From: an uncultured Phycisphaerales bacterium | Lineage (GTDB): Bacteria; Planctomycetota; Phycisphaerae; Tepidisphaerales; Tepidisphaeraceae | Assembly (NCBI GenBank): GCA_963844715.1 | Contig: CAWJPJ010000005.1 | Location: forward strand, 320,305 to 384,304 | Direction of reading: 5' to 3' | Length of the DNA: 64,000 nt | Shown here: in pieces, positions 35,533 through 47,723 of the stretch | Position numbering within the stretch: position 1 is the stretch's first letter | How the letters are laid out: the number at the start of each line of letters is the position of its first letter | Position numbers and translations under genes: made by a program | Notes under the pieces: model-generated | Seen by the model: only the letters and a program-made list of their open reading frames with translations | Databases searched by the model: none | What the model was told of the DNA's origin: nothing

Positions 35533-38028
35533 CTATCGCAATTCCCACCTGCGCCTCAAAACCCACTCGACCGTAAGTAGCGCGATGACCAGGCCCGCCT
35601 GCATCGGGAGATCATATTTCTCCGCCCAGTTTCTTTGCGAGCCGACGGCCGCGACGATCACCCGAGCCAGATTGTCCAGCGGGACGGATTTCTCCTTCTC
35701 GGCGTGGGCGCTGGAATCGGATCGGATCAAAGCGTCGAGAATATTCGGCAGCGCATCCAGCGGGCCGCTGAATCCGCCGGTGGCGTCCGCGATCTGCGAC
35801 ATAAGCTGCGGATTGGCGGCGAGTTTTTCCATCTCGTTGGCGGGGGGAATAACAGAGAATTTCAGCTCCTGCTGCCCGAGCGATTTCCCGTCCTGCTCGG
35901 CGGTTAATTCCAGAACGTAATCACCCGGCGCGGGATTGGGGAGCGTGGCCGAATACACCCCCGCGATCCGGCGATGGAGCGAGGGTAAATTCCCGTCCCA
36001 ATGAAGCTGAATCCGATGCCAGTCGCTGTGAGACGGTGACATTGGCGTTTGCGGAAGCCTCCCCACGATCGGATTGCACGAGAGCGCAGGCGAACAGGTT
36101 CGCCAAATTGATAGACCGATTTATTGAGCAGGCCGACGATTCCCGCACCGGCTTGCCGATTTCTGACATCCGCCCCGGCGAGCCAGCGGATCATCTGCCC
36201 CCAAAATCGGTTGTAAATCGAGTCGGGATTCTGCCGTGGGTCGGCAAGCATCCAAAGATAGGTCGTGTCGGCCGTGAAGGCGGCGCTGCGCCCCGACCCG
36301 TAACGCTCGGCCGCGAGAACAATCACCGGATGGTCGCCGGGATGAATGAGAAGGACTTGCGCTCCGGTCTTGGGCCCGCCAACCGCGACGTTGCCGCGCA
36401 GCGGCGGCGGGGCGTCGGCGGCAGCTTTTCCGCCGGGCGATACGAAGGCGGATGTTAGACCGTCGAGCAACGGGTGGGCGAGCCCATCTGGGGTCAGTTG
36501 CGGCACGAAATCGGACTTATCCTGAGTCGCTCCGCCCGAGTCCATCCAAACGGGCAACGCTTTCTCGATAGGCGACCCCGTATAACCGCCGGCGGAATAA
36601 TTCGTCTCCCCGCCGATCATCACCAAACCCATCCCCTGGGAAACGGCCTCTTCGAGGGACGCCTGCTGAGTCGAGGAAAGAAAGCTCGAATCCAAATCGC
36701 CGAGGATCACAACGTCAAAGTGCTTCCAGTCGTCTAGATTCGCAGGCAGACCCCGGAGTTGCAGCCCGGATTGCTCCCCGGCGGTGAACTCGCTGTCGTG
36801 AAGACGCAGAAGCGTCGAGGCCTCGAGATTGGGGTCGCGCAGAAGCAAACGATGAAGATAAGTGTATTCGGGGCGGAGGCGTCCTTCGATATAAAGAACT
36901 TTGATGCGCGGATCGAGCGCCAGGACTTGGATTTCTTGGCGATTGCCCGCCGTGGTGCGCTGTCCAGGAATCGGATCAACCCATACGGCCACGCGATGGA
37001 CGCCGGGAGTCGAGGGATTGTAGTTTACGCGCCAGTTTCTGCCCCCCGGCCGCGGATTGGAGAACCAGCGGTTGGGCTTGAATATCGCCGATGATTTTGC
37101 CGGCGTCGTCAACCTCGGCTAGCTTCACATCGACGAGCCGATCCGACAGAGCGGTGGATTGAATCGTCGCGCTGATCGGATTGTCGTGCCCGACCAAAAG
37201 ATCATCGGCCGAATCGACGGAATCAATGGCGACATTCGGAATCGAGGCCGGCTCAGCCTGAGCAGAACCCACCGTAAGCGTGCAAACTTTTCGATTGAAC
37301 TGGCGCGCCGCGGCGGGAACGTCAGAATTCACATTATCCTGGCCGTCGCTAATGAGGAGAATGACGGAGTCCGCGTCGGGCGCGGCAGTGGCGCCCCCGC
37401 GAATCGCCGCCACCAGGTCCGTGGCGTTGCCATTGGCTTCGACGGTTTCGAGATCGTCGGGCCGATCGACCGGCTGAACGCCTGTCGAGAAAGTGAAAAA
37501 TTGCGGAAGAAAATTGGCCTGAATTTTGGCTAGCTGAGGTTGAATGGCCTGCCACGCCGATTGGATGCGCGTCGGGCCGTTTGGTGAGTCGATGAAGGAC
37601 ATGGAGCCGGAGGCGTCGACCATCACAATCAGCGGCCGCCGAGGCGGCGCGGCCGAAGCGTAGCGCAAGACCGGTTCAAAGAGCATGGCGACGAGCAGCA
37701 CCAAAGCCGCCACACGCAGAACCAGAAGAGTCCAGGTGCGCGGCGCGCCAATGGCGGCGCGGAGATTCGAATAAAACGTGGCCGCCACAAGGCTGAGCAC
37801 GGCGATCGTCCAGATCAGTCCGACTTGGGATAAATGCAGCGAGGGAGAAAAGCAGATGGCGGCCGTCCCGGCGATGGCGGCGAGCATGAGCGCCGACCAA
37901 ACCGGGCTGGTTCGCCAGATGCGCCGAGACACACCATACAGCGCGAGCAACACCGACGCCCCGATGCAGACCCAGGTCCACCAATCGAAGCCCTGCTGGC
38001 GGATTATGTCGATCCACCATCGGTCCAT
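35533..38028 (-). CDS. Membrane protein with vWA and class I glutamine-amidotransferase-like domains (two apparent frameshifts)
   Basis: DASGSM and ISDG MIDAS motifs; KVLYIEG, GLVMIGG, FWGQMIRWLA, EWVLRRR. Confidence 0.82.
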
Positions 38029-38309
38029 CAGGTTTTTTTGTACCGCATTCCGGCCGTGCTTGCTATCTCATCGATGAATTGTGATTTTGCCGGACTTTGT
38101 AATTGGAGGACAGCAACTCGGCCGGTATTCTGTTCACTCATGCGTGAAGTGGGTAACCTCCGCCCGATTTTGGCCGATAAAATTGCAGTGGCAGCCAGAT
38201 AATTAGAAAAGGGCGGACGATTAGAAACTTAACCAGCCAAACTCCCGTCAGTGCCGCGCCGCAGACTCATCCGGGAGAAGCGCACGTCAACCCATCGACC
38301 GGTGGCCGG

Positions 38310-39914
38310 ATGGATTCAGCAAATTCGACCGTTTCCGAAACCCTCTTCCTGAGGACCGCCTCGGGTCTGACGCGTCTTGCCGGCGGGTGGGATGTCTTCA
38401 TCTATAACCTTGGTCTAATTTGCATCGGCGTGAATGTTGCATTCTCGCAGCGATTCGGCCCCGCCTATTACCCCAATTGCAGCATCCCCAAGGCGACGAT
38501 CCTGGCCGCCGTCATGGCGGGCGCGGTTGCGCTGGGCTTCTGGGCATGGACCAGCGTTGCCCCCCGCTCGGGCGGAATTTATGTCTATCTGACCCGTGCC
38601 GGACTGCCGGCATTTGGATTTGCCATCAGCTTCGCCGAATGCATCGCCTGGCTTTTCTATTTGGGGATCACGGCCACCATGATGTCCGCCATGGGGCTGG
38701 TCCCCCTGGCGATCAACCTATTCGGGCTCGAGTCGCCCATCGTCCATCACCTGGCCGGCCAGGCCGGATGCTTTGTGGTCGCCAGCGCCGCGATCTGGAT
38801 CGCCGCGTGGATCCTGGTCCGCAGCATGGATTCGTTCTTCCGGTGGCAGCGGATCATGCTCGTGTTGGCCGGCATTGGCACACTGGCCCTGCTTTACGTG
38901 CTTCACGGGAATCCGGCGATTTTCCACCGCAATTTCAACGCCGCTTTCGCGAGCTTCGGGCATGATCCGTACCAGCAAGTCATCTCCCGTCGCCCTGAGC
39001 AACGGGTGGTTTGGCGGGAAGCCCGGAACTCTTAAGCGCGAGATTGCGCTGACGATTTGGCCGTTTCTGGCGTTGATCGCGGGAGCGTGTTCGATGTCGA
39101 TCGGGGGAGAGACCCGCCAAAACAGGAAAAATCAGCTCACCGGAATGATGGGGAGCATGATGCTGGCGACGATGGTCTTCGTCCTGGTCGCGGTTCTCGC
39201 GAATCACTCGATCGGCTACGCGTTCCAGGGGGCGGTGGTTTACAACCACGATAACGACCCGCCGCTGACCGCCATGGCGCCGCCCGTCGAACCCTATCTC
39301 GGTTATTTTGCCTGCATGGCGACGAACAGTCTATTTCTGAAGATTCTCATCTGCGTGGGATTTTTCTGCTGGCCGTGGTTTTGGCGCCGGGACTGTTGTT
39401 GTACGTCTCCCGGGCGTTTTTCGCCTGGTCGCTTGATCGGGCCGCGCCCAAAGCACTTGCGAAACTGCACCCGACCCGGCAAACGCCTTACGTCGCGATT
39501 CTAACCGCCGCGGCGATCGCGCAGGTCCTGATCACACTCGTTCAATTCGTGCCGTTCTTCTCCTCGCTGGTCTTGATTCTCCTCATCGTCGGCGCCTGGG
39601 CGGCGACACAAATGCTTGGCGCGATCTTCCCGTTTACCAATCCGGAACTCTTCCAGGAGAGCCCGTTATACGGCAAGCGAATTCTCGGCATCCCGATGAT
39701 GTCGCTGTTTTGTTCCGCCGGAGCGGTCGCGCTGGTGTTTGCTGGATATATGCTGTGGCGAGACCCGGATGCGGCGGGCCATCCGCCGGACAGCCTTCGC
39801 GCCATGGCCTTCATCTTCTTGTTCGGCCTGATTCTACACCTTGCCATGCGCGTCTACCGCCGCCGGCAGGGGATCGATATTGCGCTCGGATGCGAAGAAT
39901 TGCCCGTGGAATGA
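38310..39914 (+). CDS. APC family amino acid permease (two apparent frameshifts)
   Basis: FLRTASGL, PRSGGIY, GGET, SRAFFAWSLDR, TP motifs. Confidence 0.82.
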
Positions 39915-39918
39915 CCAA

Positions 39919-41059
39919 TCACGTCGCGGCGGATTCCTTTACCAACGGCGAGCCTTTCGGCGCCGGGTTCCGGATAGTGAACGAATCCTTCAGTCGATTA
40001 ATCGGGTTCTCAATCAGTTGCCACGAGAGCCGCGCCACCGCGTAGGAGAGTAGGAGCTTGGCCAAAAATATCACCGTGCGCGAGAAATGAAACGGGAGAT
40101 GATGCCGGCGATAGTCGTTCCATATCGAATCGATGAACCAAAAGACATACGGGTGGAAAAGATAGATGCCATAGCTCACTTTGCCGTACCGCGCCAGCGG
40201 CCGAAAATTGAGCCATCGCGTCAGCGGATGATCTGAAGCGGTGAGTCCAATGAGCCCGGCAAACATGCATGCCAGCGCCGAAAGGAAAACAGGACTGGTT
40301 GGAAGGTGGCTCCAGGTTAGCGGCGTCCAATAGACCCACAAGCCCGTCTTGGCGACGATCAGACCAAGCGCGGCAACGCCGACGCAAAAAGCGATCGCGC
40401 TCCTGCGCCGGAAACGCTCGCCGGAAACCGCCCCGCCGGCGTAAGCGAGCAGAGCGCCCGCCGCAAGAGAATCCAATTGCGCGGGGAGCCAACCGAGGAT
40501 CAAGAACGGGCTTTCCCAACCGAGGGTGACGAATCGCAGCGCCAGCGAAAAAACGCAAACGGTGACTAAAGCGACGACAAATTTTCGGCCGCGCAAAAAA
40601 AGGACCGCAAGCGGCCAGAGAAAATAAAATTGCTCCTCGATGGCGAGCGTCCAGGTATGGATGAGCATCGGGGCATCTGTAAGATTGGATTTCAGCTGGG
40701 GAATGGTCTGGAGATAGACGAGGTAAAAAGGAAACCCGTGGAGGTGCGGCGTAATCGTGCTGGAAAAGGCACACCGCGAAATAGACGATGATGACCAGAT
40801 AATAAATGGGAAAGATGCGTAGGGAGCGGCGGATGTAGAAGTTTCGAAAGTAGTGGGCGTTATCGCGGCTGGCAAGTAAAATGCGGGTGATCAGGAATCC
40901 GGAGATCACGAAGAAAAGTTCGACGCCGGTCCAGCCGAGACTGAGATGGGAGATGCCGAAATGGAAAAGGAGCACTCCAAGGATCGCCAGACCGCGTAGG
41001 CCGTCTATGCCCGGCACGAAGCTCGGTGCCTGGGGGACTGTGATTGAACTGGGTTTCAT
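39919..41059 (-). CDS. Acyltransferase 3 (OafA/OatA-like) membrane O-acyltransferase (apparent frameshift near 40760)
   Basis: [42 protein letters not shown] motifs. Confidence 0.9.
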
Positions 41060-41194
41060 GCGTCAACAGCGCCCAAAACGTGACACGGTCTGTGTAGCCC
41101 GGGTGAAAACGAAATTCAAGAACCTTTTATCGTTCGCCCGAAGGGAATTTCTTAATTAGCTTATGAAGCGCCGGAGACTGAAGGCCTAAAACTG

Positions 41195-44100
41195 ATGCAA
41201 AACTGTATCAGGGGGACATTGCTAGTGTCAATCTTAATCGGGGCCGCGGTCTTGGCGCGCCTCGTGGTGCTCTCGCCGGCGCACATCGCCGGCGTATCGC
41301 CCCAGGATGAAAGTTTTGGCGCGGCTCCGGATGCCCATATATCGGTCCGCTTCGACAATCCGATGCAGCTCAAAAGCCTGACGAACCAAAGCGTGCAACT
41401 CATGCGCGATGGTCAGGTCGTTCCCGCCCGGCTCTCCTACAACGCGATAAGCAAATCGGTCACGCTCGATGCGACCTCGCCGCTCGATTACGACACCGTC
41501 TACACGGTCCGCGTCGCGGGCGGCGCCGATGGCGTAAAATCCAAATACTTTCATCGGCAACTCGGCGGCGATTTCGTCTTCAATTTCAGGACCGCAATAT
41601 CTCCCTTAAGCGGTTCGGGCGGCCCCATTCTGCTGATCGAAAACGCCGCCAATCCATTCAGTACATATGTTCCCGAAATTCTCCGCGCCGAAGGTTTGAA
41701 CGAATTTGCAACCGCGGATATCGCGGCGATCTCGCCGGATCTTTTGTCGAAATATCAACTCGTCGTTTTGGGCCAGACGGCCGTCATCGCTTCCCAGGCC
41801 GACATGCTGCGGCAATTTGTCGAAGCCGGCGGGAAGCTCATAGCATTTCGCCCCGACGAAAAGTTGGACGGCTTGTTCGGATTGCATTCTGAAGGGGAGC
41901 CGGTAGCGGATGGATATTTGAAAATCGACCACGGAAACCCCATCGGCGTGGGCCTCGTCAACGCAACCATCCAATACCACGGCGCCGCCGATCTTTACTC
42001 CCTCGACGGATCGACGGCGCTGGCGTGGCTTTATTCAACGTCCGACACGCCGATGCCGAATCCCGCCGTAACGATTCGAAACGTCGGATCTAACGGCGGT
42101 GCCGCGGCGGCGTTCGCATTCGATCTGGCGCGGTCCATCGTCTACATCCGCCAGGGCAACCCGGTCTGGTCGGGGCGGCATCGAGACGATCAGGAGTTGG
42201 GCCGGTCCAACGACCTTTTACTCGGACCCGCTCACCCACGATGGGTCGATATGGACAAGATCACCATTCCGCAGGCGGATGAGCAGCAGAGTTTACTGGG
42301 CAATCTGATCGAGCAGATGATGCTGCCGAAGATGCCTCTGCCGCGATTCTGGTATTTCCCGGGCGGGGCGAAGTCGGTGCTGGTGATGACCGGGGACGAT
42401 CACGCCGTGGGCGGGACCGTCGGGAGGTGGCACAACTATCTGACCGAGGAGGATTGCGGCGGCATGCCGATCTCGGCGACCAGCTACATCTATCCGAGCC
42501 TGACCATGCGGGACAAATTGCTCGCGCCTTTGGTGGCCCGGGGGTTCGAGGCGGCCCTGCACGTGGACATCGTGAAGGGGCCGATTTTCGTGGATTCCTC
42601 GGATATGGCGCGGGACTGGCGGAACTACGGCGAGCTCGACGCGATTTACCGCCACCAACTGGATATTTTCGATCAGCAATATCCGAGCTTGCCTTCGCCG
42701 GTCACCAATCGAACGCACGGCGTGGTTTGGACGGATTACGCCTCTCAGCCCGAGGTGGAGTTCAGCCACGGGATTCGCATGGACGCCAATTATTACTATT
42801 GGCCGCCGACGTGGGTGAACGATCGGCCGGGGATGTTCACGGGATCGGGATTGCCGATGCGGTTTGCGACCGCTGAAGGCAAGATGATTGACGTTTATCA
42901 AGAATCGACCGTCATGACCGATGAGTCCGGCCAGTCGTATCCGTATTTTGTCGACGAACTACTCAACATGGCGACCGGACCCGCCGAGGCGTATGGCGCG
43001 TTTGCGATTAATGCCCACACCGATGAAATCGCCAGCGCATCGTCGGACGCGGCGGTCGCGGCGGCGCGGAAATACGATGTGCCGGTGATGAGCGCGGAAA
43101 AAGTGCTTGATTTCGAGGATGCGAAGGGGAATTCGACTTTCGATTCGATCAAATGGGATGCCGGAGCGCGGAGTTTGAGTTTCACGATCGCGCTGGCGAC
43201 GGGAGCGGAGAATTTGCAGGCGATGGTGCCCCTGTTTGACGCAGCGGGACAGTCGCTGGATTCGATTTTCGTCAACGGCCAGCCCGTTGATTTTGCGAAG
43301 CAACTGGCGCGCGGAATTTACTGGGCGAGATTCGCGGCGCAATCGGGATCGGTTGTGGCAACCTATTCGCCGGATTCGGGAACCGCAAACGCAATATCGA
43401 TATCCGAAGACGGCGGGACTTTTACTGCCAAATTCGCCCGGCCGATCGATCCGGCGGCGGTTTCGTTCAAGTTGCTCGATGCGGATGGCAACGCGGTTCC
43501 CGCCGCGATTTCCTGCGACGGGGGATCGGCCACTCTGAAGGCGCGCGATCCTTTGCGGGCGGGATTTACTTATATGGCGGTCGCCGGCGCTTTGGATTCC
43601 AGTGGCCATGCGGCGGGCCCGGCGGCGGTTGAATTTACGACGCCGCTGCCTTCGTTTGATGCGAAGATTTATCGGTTCTGGGGCGACGGACTGCCGGCGG
43701 ATTGCCGGGAATCGGACGACGAGCATTCAGTCGAAGTGGGCGTGCAATTCACGGCCGATGTTTCAGGCTCAATCTCCAGCATTCGATTTTATAAATTCCC
43801 GGGGAACCCCGGCCCGCATGTCGGGCGATTGTGGGATCGCGACGGCAAGCTTCTGGCCAGCGCGCAGCCGGCGAGCGAGACGGAATCAGGATGGCAGACC
43901 GTCACCTTCGCGCAGCCAATCCAGATCGACCGCGGCCAGAGTTATGTGGCGTCGTACCGTTGCGATCACGGCCACTATGCATTCACGCACGGCTATTTCG
44001 CCGACCACAGCGCAAACGCCGGCCCCATCCACGCCCCGGCAAGCGATTCCATAGGCGGTGCCAACGGCGTCTTTGCGATCGCCGGCCGGCGCGTTTACAA

Positions 44101-44209
44101 CGAATTCGGGCACGTCACGGACTTTCCCAACCAGACCTATCTCCAGACCAACTACTGGGTAGACATCGACTTCACGCCAGGGGCGACGGCGACGGCGTTG
44201 GCGAAGTGA
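41195..44209 (+). CDS. Large exported protein with Ig-like domains and C-terminal DUF4082-like domain
   Basis: Signal peptide; Big-type repeats; VEVGVQF..IRFYK..GWQTVTF..NYWVD; central MTGDDH/LH deacetylase-like motif. Confidence 0.8.
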   Translation: MQNCIRGTLLVSILIGAAVLARLVVLSPAHIAGVSPQDESFGAAPDAHISVRFDNPMQLKSLTNQSVQLMRDGQVVPARLSYNAISKSVTLDATSPLDYDTVYTVRVAGGADGVKSKYFHRQLGGDFVFNFRTAISPLSGSGGPILLIENAANPFSTYVPEILRAEGLNEFATADIAAISPDLLSKYQLVVLGQTAVIASQADMLRQFVEAGGKLIAFRPDEKLDGLFGLHSEGEPVADGYLKIDHGNPIGVGLVNATIQYHGAADLYSLDGSTALAWLYSTSDTPMPNPAVTIRNVGSNGGAAAAFAFDLARSIVYIRQGNPVWSGRHRDDQELGRSNDLLLGPAHPRWVDMDKITIPQADEQQSLLGNLIEQMMLPKMPLPRFWYFPGGAKSVLVMTGDDHAVGGTVGRWHNYLTEEDCGGMPISATSYIYPSLTMRDKLLAPLVARGFEAALHVDIVKGPIFVDSSDMARDWRNYGELDAIYRHQLDIFDQQYPSLPSPVTNRTHGVVWTDYASQPEVEFSHGIRMDANYYYWPPTWVNDRPGMFTGSGLPMRFATAEGKMIDVYQESTVMTDESGQSYPYFVDELLNMATGPAEAYGAFAINAHTDEIASASSDAAVAAARKYDVPVMSAEKVLDFEDAKGNSTFDSIKWDAGARSLSFTIALATGAENLQAMVPLFDAAGQSLDSIFVNGQPVDFAKQLARGIYWARFAAQSGSVVATYSPDSGTANAISISEDGGTFTAKFARPIDPAAVSFKLLDADGNAVPAAISCDGGSATLKARDPLRAGFTYMAVAGALDSSGHAAGPAAVEFTTPLPSFDAKIYRFWGDGLPADCRESDDEHSVEVGVQFTADVSGSISSIRFYKFPGNPGPHVGRLWDRDGKLLASAQPASETESGWQTVTFAQPIQIDRGQSYVASYRCDHGHYAFTHGYFADHSANAGPIHAPASDSIGGANGVFAIAGRRVYNEFGHVTDFPNQTYLQTNYWVDIDFTPGATATALAK

Positions 44210-45772
44210 ATCCCCTTGTTATAAACTCCCCAGCCACCTGGAGAGGTGGCAGAGTGGTTGAATGCGCCGGTTTCGAAAACCGGTCTGCCCGAAAGGGTAG
44301 CGGGAGTTCGAATCTCCCCCTCTCCGTTACAAACCGCCACAAGTTGCGTTTCATCCGCAGCTTGTGATGCGGTTTTGTCTTCCTCATTCAGTCTACCGGA
44401 GTCTCCCGAAATCTCTCCCGGCGTACCGTTTAGCGCCAAGCAAAACGCCAAGACGCCCGATGTCGAATCGCCCGTATTTGCCGGTGCTTTCGACGCCTTC
44501 GGCGTTGGTTTGGGCAGATTCGGAAGCGCTCGCATCGCCGCCAACTCTTTATCGTGGTCGCTGTGCGAGTAGCGTTCCATCGTCAAGGCGAACGTGGAAT
44601 GCCGCGCTAACGTCTGTGCGATCTTCGGATGCACTCCGCCGGCGGCAAGGTTGCTGATGAAGGTGTGCCGCAAGGCGTGAAAATCAGCCTTCCGCTTGGC
44701 GTGATTGGTGTAGGCAAGGAAATCGGATTTCTCGCGGCGCTCTCGCTCCTCGTCGCTCTTCGCCTCTTTGATCCATTTTGCTCGCGCCGCGTCAAGATCG
44801 GCCCGGATCATTTTCGCCACATGTTGTCGCGGCGGAACGGCAAACGCGCAGCCGTCCGCTTGCTGATCCTTCAAATGCGCGACCATCATTTCGACAGTAT
44901 CCGGCCTGAGTGGAAGTATGCTTTCCCGGCGGTTCTTACAGTAGGCAGCGGCCACGGTGACGGTCGGCTCGTCGCCGCTGAGGCGAAACGACGCTGGTGA
45001 TAGACTGCGCAGCTCTCCGGCGCAACCCCGTTTCAACTGCCAACCGATAGAGCAAGGCCCGCTCCGTTCCCGGAAGATTGAACCGCACTGGCCCATCCGT
45101 CGCGGTTTCCAGCAGCAAGGTAAGCTCTTCCAACGACAGCGCCCGGCGGTCATGGCGGCGGTCGGTACGTACATTCAGACCTTGCAGGTGCAACAACGGG
45201 TTTTCGGTTGCCCGCCGGTCCTTGACCATCCACCGGCAGAATTGTTTGATCGCTTGCAAATAGAAATTGAACGTCTGAGCGCTGATTCCGTTCTTGGCCT
45301 GCCGCAGACAGTTGATGTGTGAAAGCACCTTGCTGGCGGAAATCGACGAATAGTGCCGGAAGCCGCACCCTTCAATCACCTTGCTTGCCCGGCTCTTGAC
45401 TAACTCTACATGCCGAGCGGTGCTGCCCTTGGCCTTGAGCGATTCGGCAAAATCATCCAGATGCTTGCTGAGTGGCTTCGTGACCGCCGCTCTTTCGCCG
45501 TCAAGCAACCCGATCTCCACCAGCCTTTCCCTCGTGGATTGTGGAATCTGCGAAAGCCATTGCTGCAATGATGGATCGGTCAAACCGCCAGTCGCCCGGT
45601 GATAGCTGATGAGCTTTTCCAAATTCTGGCCAAACGCCTCGCTGGCCTGCTTGCTGGTGAATGCCGGCAATCGACGGATGGTTTCGGCATGGTCGCGGAA
45701 TTCCACATACCACTTGCTCGATTCCTGGGTCACGCCTTGGCGGTCACGATACGTTGTCTTGAATACGCGCAT
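44152..45772 (-). CDS. Tyrosine recombinase/integrase (apparent frameshift near 45020); frame reads through attL and the tRNA
   Basis: ETGLR..EL, KNRR, FHALRHTF, LARHS, MERYSH catalytic motifs. Confidence 0.93.
44240..44326 (+). tRNA. tRNA-Ser(CGA), long variable arm, no encoded CCA
   Basis: Acceptor GGAGAGG/CCTCTCC, discriminator G, anticodon arm ccggt-TTCGAAA-accgg, T loop GTTCGAATC. Confidence 0.96.
44432..44454 (+). repeat. Candidate integrase arm-type site (left)
   Basis: agcgccaagcaaaacgccaagac, identical to 63796-63818. Confidence 0.7.
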
Positions 45773-45837
45773 GGGTCATCCTTTCCTACTGATTCAGACA
45801 TCTTAATGATGTGCGGGATAGATTCGATTCCTGGCTT

Positions 45838-46095
45838 TCAGTTATTTCCTTTGTACATCGCTTCCCACCGCTCGCGCGGTGGAGCGCCGGCGGCAAGCCA
45901 ACGCTCAATCGTTGCCCGATCCCACCGGACAGCCCGGCCCAATCGAACGGGCCGAGGTATTCGCCCCTGGCTATGCAACCGCCAGACGTGCGCGCGGCTG
46001 ATTCCCAATAGTTCGGCCATTTCGTCGGCGGAGATAGCCAGCCGAATTGTGGCGGCAGGCGTGGGCGTGGCAGATTGAGACAGCGGCATAACCAT
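45838..46095 (-). CDS. AlpA/excisionase-like HTH protein
   Basis: EMAELLGISRAHVWRL..GRIPRPVRLGRAVRW..IERWL; directly upstream of the integrase. Confidence 0.88.
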   Translation of the reverse strand: MVMPLSQSATPTPAATIRLAISADEMAELLGISRAHVWRLHSQGRIPRPVRLGRAVRWDRATIERWLAAGAPPRERWEAMYKGNN

Positions 46096-46108
46096 GTTAG
46101 GTGATTGT

Positions 46109-46136
46109 ATGGTATATTGGTTATAGTAAAAGTCAA
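46109..46136 (-). promoter_or_regulatory. Candidate promoter of the alpA-integrase unit
   Basis: TTGACT-N16-TACCAT on the minus strand in an AT-rich patch. Confidence 0.5.
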
Positions 46137-46213
46137 CGGTATCCTCCAAGTTAAACGGGATTCTTCGGCTTATGGCCGGTTCTCCGGCGGCTTCTTTCCG
46201 CCGCGCATTCTTC

Positions 46214-46364
46214 CCCGCTCCCGACCCATAGCGGAAGGGTTTTCCCGCCGGGCCGGGGGTTGTCAATGTGGATCGCCCAGCGGGAGGGGTCCCCGTGTAA
46301 TCACGGGGAGGGACATTGACAACCCCCGGCACGGCACACAATCGAGCTATGGGCCGGGAGCGGG
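46214..46364. other. Nested triple inverted repeat (structured RNA or DNA site)
   Basis: Stems 46214-32/46346-64 (18 of 19), 46252-69/46313-30 (18 of 18), 46290-97/46302-09 (8 of 8). Confidence 0.75.
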
Positions 46365-46457
46365 AATCCCCAAGTTGCCTGCGCAGCAGTCCTTATTCCA
46401 CTCTGTCTTTTCTGGAATGGTCAGTATAATCGGCATCAAACAGGAGAAGAATTCAAC

Positions 46458-46709
46458 ATGGCTAAAGCCAAAAGCGCCGCTCGCCCGCCCAAACTGGATG
46501 AAAAGCCCAAGACCCTCCAGCGAACCTACCGCTTTAACACAAAACTATTTGAGGCATTTGAGGACGACTGCGCCACTCATCTCGCCAACCCCAAGCGCGT
46601 CATTGAAGCGCTAATCCTGTATTGGCTGGACGCCGACGCCGACGAACGCGCGGCGATGGCCCACAAACATCGGGAACGGATTGGATCAGCGGCACGCGAT
46701 GAGGAATAG
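46458..46709 (+). CDS. Small probable ribbon-helix-helix DNA-binding protein
   Basis: AGGAGA RBS, TATAAT at 46425-30; QRTYRFNTKLFEAF...VIEALILYWL strand-helix-helix pattern. Confidence 0.65.
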   Translation: MAKAKSAARPPKLDEKPKTLQRTYRFNTKLFEAFEDDCATHLANPKRVIEALILYWLDADADERAAMAHKHRERIGSAARDEE

Positions 46710-46730
46710 CTTTACTGCAACGATTCATCT

Positions 46731-47015
46731 ATGGCGTTAATTATTCGTGGCAAATCGAAATGCCCAATCTGCGGCGAAGCGTTGCAGAAGGATCAACGTC
46801 TGGTCGCGACGAGCCACTTTATCTACGACCGCGTTGATCCGCTCTGGCAATTCTCTGACGCCGGCATGCACTACGAGTGTTTTCAGCATTGGCCGCACAG
46901 TGAAATATTCGTGTCCAAATACAATTCGACAATGGGTCAAAACGTTTGGGGTAATGGGACGCGCCATCACATGCGGCCCGATGGTGTCATCGAGAGCGTT
47001 CAGACAGGCGGATAG
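46731..47015 (+). CDS. Cassette ORF, hypothetical (CxxC ... HxxC metal-binding motif)
   Basis: 94 aa ORF whose stop abuts an attC-like site. Confidence 0.75.
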   Translation: MALIIRGKSKCPICGEALQKDQRLVATSHFIYDRVDPLWQFSDAGMHYECFQHWPHSEIFVSKYNSTMGQNVWGNGTRHHMRPDGVIESVQTGG

Positions 47016-47110
47016 ACAAATGCCGCAATGGACCGCGCCGACATTGAGCGTTCTGGTAAACTGAAACCCGGTCGGTGCCAGGTCGGCTAATGAACATTGG
47101 TCCGTCATGC
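47010..47110 (+). repeat. attC site (degenerate core ends)
   Basis: ggatagac...caatggaccgc...cggctaatgaac...gtcatgc; similar along its length to the 51777 site. Confidence 0.7.
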
Positions 47111-47132
47111 CCCAGCAACTTGGTCTATAGCC

Positions 47133-47623
47133 ATGACTGAAAGAAAGCCTATCGATTCCGAAGTCCAAGACTCCGCACTCGCAGGATTGGCAAATATGTT
47201 CTCGAATTGTCCAGATGATCCAACACCAGGCATCGATCTCATTAATCCGGCAGAGTTTAAGCTTACAGTTGAGAGCTTGGCTGCGATGGATTCGCATTTG
47301 GAGGTAATGCGAACCTTATCGTTCTCACCGAATCAATGGAACGTGTTCATTTTGCGCCTGGAGCCTATGTCGGCGAGGTGATTCGCATTTATACGAAGGC
47401 GCCTCGCGTTTGGCATTGGTTGTCATTCAAGCAGGCCGCTGAATGTTTGCCGCAAATTGCTTCATATGGAAAGAGCATCAGCACTGCGGCCGTTCTATGG
47501 AACGGCGAAGATGGATTTATCCTTCCTTTGGCCAAGGTGGACAAGTATCTTCGGAATGGCGCTGAGGATAGCGTGAAGTTTTATGCGCAGGTTATAATCG
47601 CGGGACCGCCGGCCGGCACATAA
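47133..47623 (+). CDS. Cassette ORF, hypothetical with GAYVGEVI motif (immunity-protein-like; apparent frameshift near 47358)
   Basis: Two overlapping ORFs between attC sites; stop codon lies in TAAC. Confidence 0.65.
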
Positions 47624-47720
47624 CCAACGACTGTGGACCTGCTAGCATTACGACGATATTCTGGTCCCGATTCTCGCCCGCTATCGCGCTTTGCAGACCG
47701 CAGGGCGTCATCCGTTATTC
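47618..47720 (+). repeat. attC site
   Basis: ACATAAC ... ctgtggacc ... gaccgcag ... GTTATTC. Confidence 0.75.
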
Positions 47721-47723
47721 TCT

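Noticed and set aside
44152..45772. Element integrase as an integron integrase (it is divergent from the cassette array)
   Set aside because: It has an N-terminal arm-binding-type extension, an AlpA partner and a tRNA att site, and I cannot see the IntI-specific insertion. A profile search should confirm this.
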